Source: Camelus dromedarius
Lineage: Eukaryota
Length of the DNA stretch: 64,000 nucleotides
NCBI RefSeq assembly: GCF_036321535.1
Contig: NC_087437.1
Span: forward strand, 52,640,001-52,704,000
Direction of reading: 5' to 3'
Shown in pieces: positions 62,358 to 64,000 of this stretch. The translations under genes and the position numbers were made by a program. The notes beneath the pieces were generated by a model that saw only the letters and a list, made by a program, of their open reading frames with translations, was not told the origin of the DNA and did not search any database. Position 1 is the stretch's first letter; every line of letters starts with the position of its first letter.

Positions 62358-64000
62358 GAGCATTTGACAGCATTCTGCTCCGCAATTAACATTTAATTGA
62401 AGATCAGTCATTCCTTTGGTTATGAATTATCCATTGGTAAATCCTGTCATTTTTGTACTTGTCTGTTTTTCTCACAATAACTTTCAAGGCCACCTACTTA
62501 AATTGATCTTATTTGATTTACTGTATAAAAACACACCTTAAGTTTAATTCTTGTATCCACCTACTGTCTTAAAATAAAAGGATAGCTGTTTTTGTTTGTT
62601 TCAAACATGTTTTTCTTCTGTGATTACCAGCAGATTTTTAACACAATTTGGGTTACACAGAGAGAAATATCTACAGGGGAAATTGGATTTTCATGTAATC
62701 ATACTGAACCTAATAGTACTAAGATTAATCTATCTTTATTTTTTTTTTTAAAGACTAATTTGTAAAACCTACTCTGGTTCCACCAAATCTAAATCTTTGC
62801 TTTCCAATACTCATTTTGCAGCCCTATGCAACTGCTCTTTGCAGGTCATCTCATGTTTTAAAGAGACTTCTTACCTAAAATTCCCATGGTTTCATTCGAC
62901 TCAAGCCAAAGATTAAGTGAAAAGTTTGAAAAACTCATTCAAAAAAAGCAAAATCTTTGAACTGCTATTTCCCCCTGCCCTGTTTGAAAATGAAGAACAA
63001 AAGAGAAAGGGAGAATGAAATAAAAATAAATTATTAATGATATCTTATTATGGCTTTAATTTTAATTAATTCATTCAAAAATATTTAATAAGCAGCTATG
63101 TCCACCATTCAAGGCATTCAAGATGCAACAACAGTGGAAATAAGAAATAAGACCCAGATCTCATGGAACTTCAAATTTTTAAAATTCAAAAGACCAGCCC
63201 AAAAAATAGTGTTGGCTATTTTTATGAAATTGATGGCCATTTAGATCCATCACCAACGAGGGGAGCCACATAAAACCCTTAATTTCCAGATCCTGTGTGC
63301 CACTCTATTATGCCTCAGCACAGATAACTTGTTAACTTACGTTCTCCAAGACAAGTGCTTTACCTCACCATTCCGGTGGATCACTAATGAGCTATTCCAT
63401 TACGCATGTAAATTATAGAACAAAAAGATACATTTAAAAAATGTTAATTCCAACTGTCAGAGTAGTTTTTTGTTTTTCATTTTCAAAAAAAAAAAAGGTC
63501 CCCTTAGGCAATTGGTAGTTTTCAATTAGTTTGATCTTAATGAGTATTTACTGCCCCCAGGGCCCAGACGCAGAATCCATATGGCCTTCAATTTCCTCAA
63601 CTTAAATACAAGAAAGTACAACGGTTATGAAAACATTTTTCAAACATATTCAAAAGTCTAACTTTTCACCACTGAATTTTCCTACTAAGTACTCTATGCT
63701 TTTAAGACTACTTGCCTCATGTCAGATGTTCATTTATAGGTGGAACTCAAGTTCTTATTTTTTAAAATGTTTGCTAGACATATGAAAACCATACTTTCTT
63801 AGGAAATGATTTAAATCACTATCTATAGTTGGCCTAATGTTTAACTGGAGTAGGGATAATTTAGATTGATGTGGAAACAAGTTCCTCCAACTATATAAAA
63901 ATAGAGGCCTTTTTTTTCTCATGAACATGTATTAAGAAGTAGTATATAAACTTATGAGTGTCATGTATTCAGCATATGTATAGTCAACATTACCAAAGAA

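Noticed and set aside
1..64000. Identity of a host gene
   Set aside because: No exon matched a protein I recognise, so no gene symbol is assigned.

Overview
Mammalian (eutherian) non-coding genomic DNA, CpG-depleted and repeat-rich. It is probably camelid, judged from three tRNA-derived SINEs resembling the camelid Vic-1 type. It may lie inside a long intron of a minus-strand gene (A>T skew on the + strand, judged by eye only). I cannot identify any host protein-coding exon. The ORFs I can place are L1 ORF1/ORF2 or hAT transposase remnants; the rest look like chance ORFs. The window holds the usual old repeats (MIR, L2, L1M, Charlie1, MER5, MER45, MER58, MLT1), with family names recognised from memory of consensus sequences, not from a database search. 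The most interesting element is a 3.1-kb retroelement at 16779-19898, bounded by a perfect 18-bp target-site duplication (TSD). It has an L1 5'UTR and ORF1, no sense ORF2, and a chimeric 3' region made of inverted ORF2 pieces, a unique segment and an older L1 3' end that was apparently transduced. Two independent 5'-truncated copies of the same 3' region (7008-7292 and 13843-13964) have their own TSDs. Together these point to a lineage-specific ORF1-only ('half-L1', HAL1-like) non-autonomous retrotransposon family. Other notable items are a tailless 5' tRNA-Cys half retrocopy, a 91-bp local templated duplication, a convergent CTCF motif pair, a recursive-splice-like site and several micro-exon candidates.
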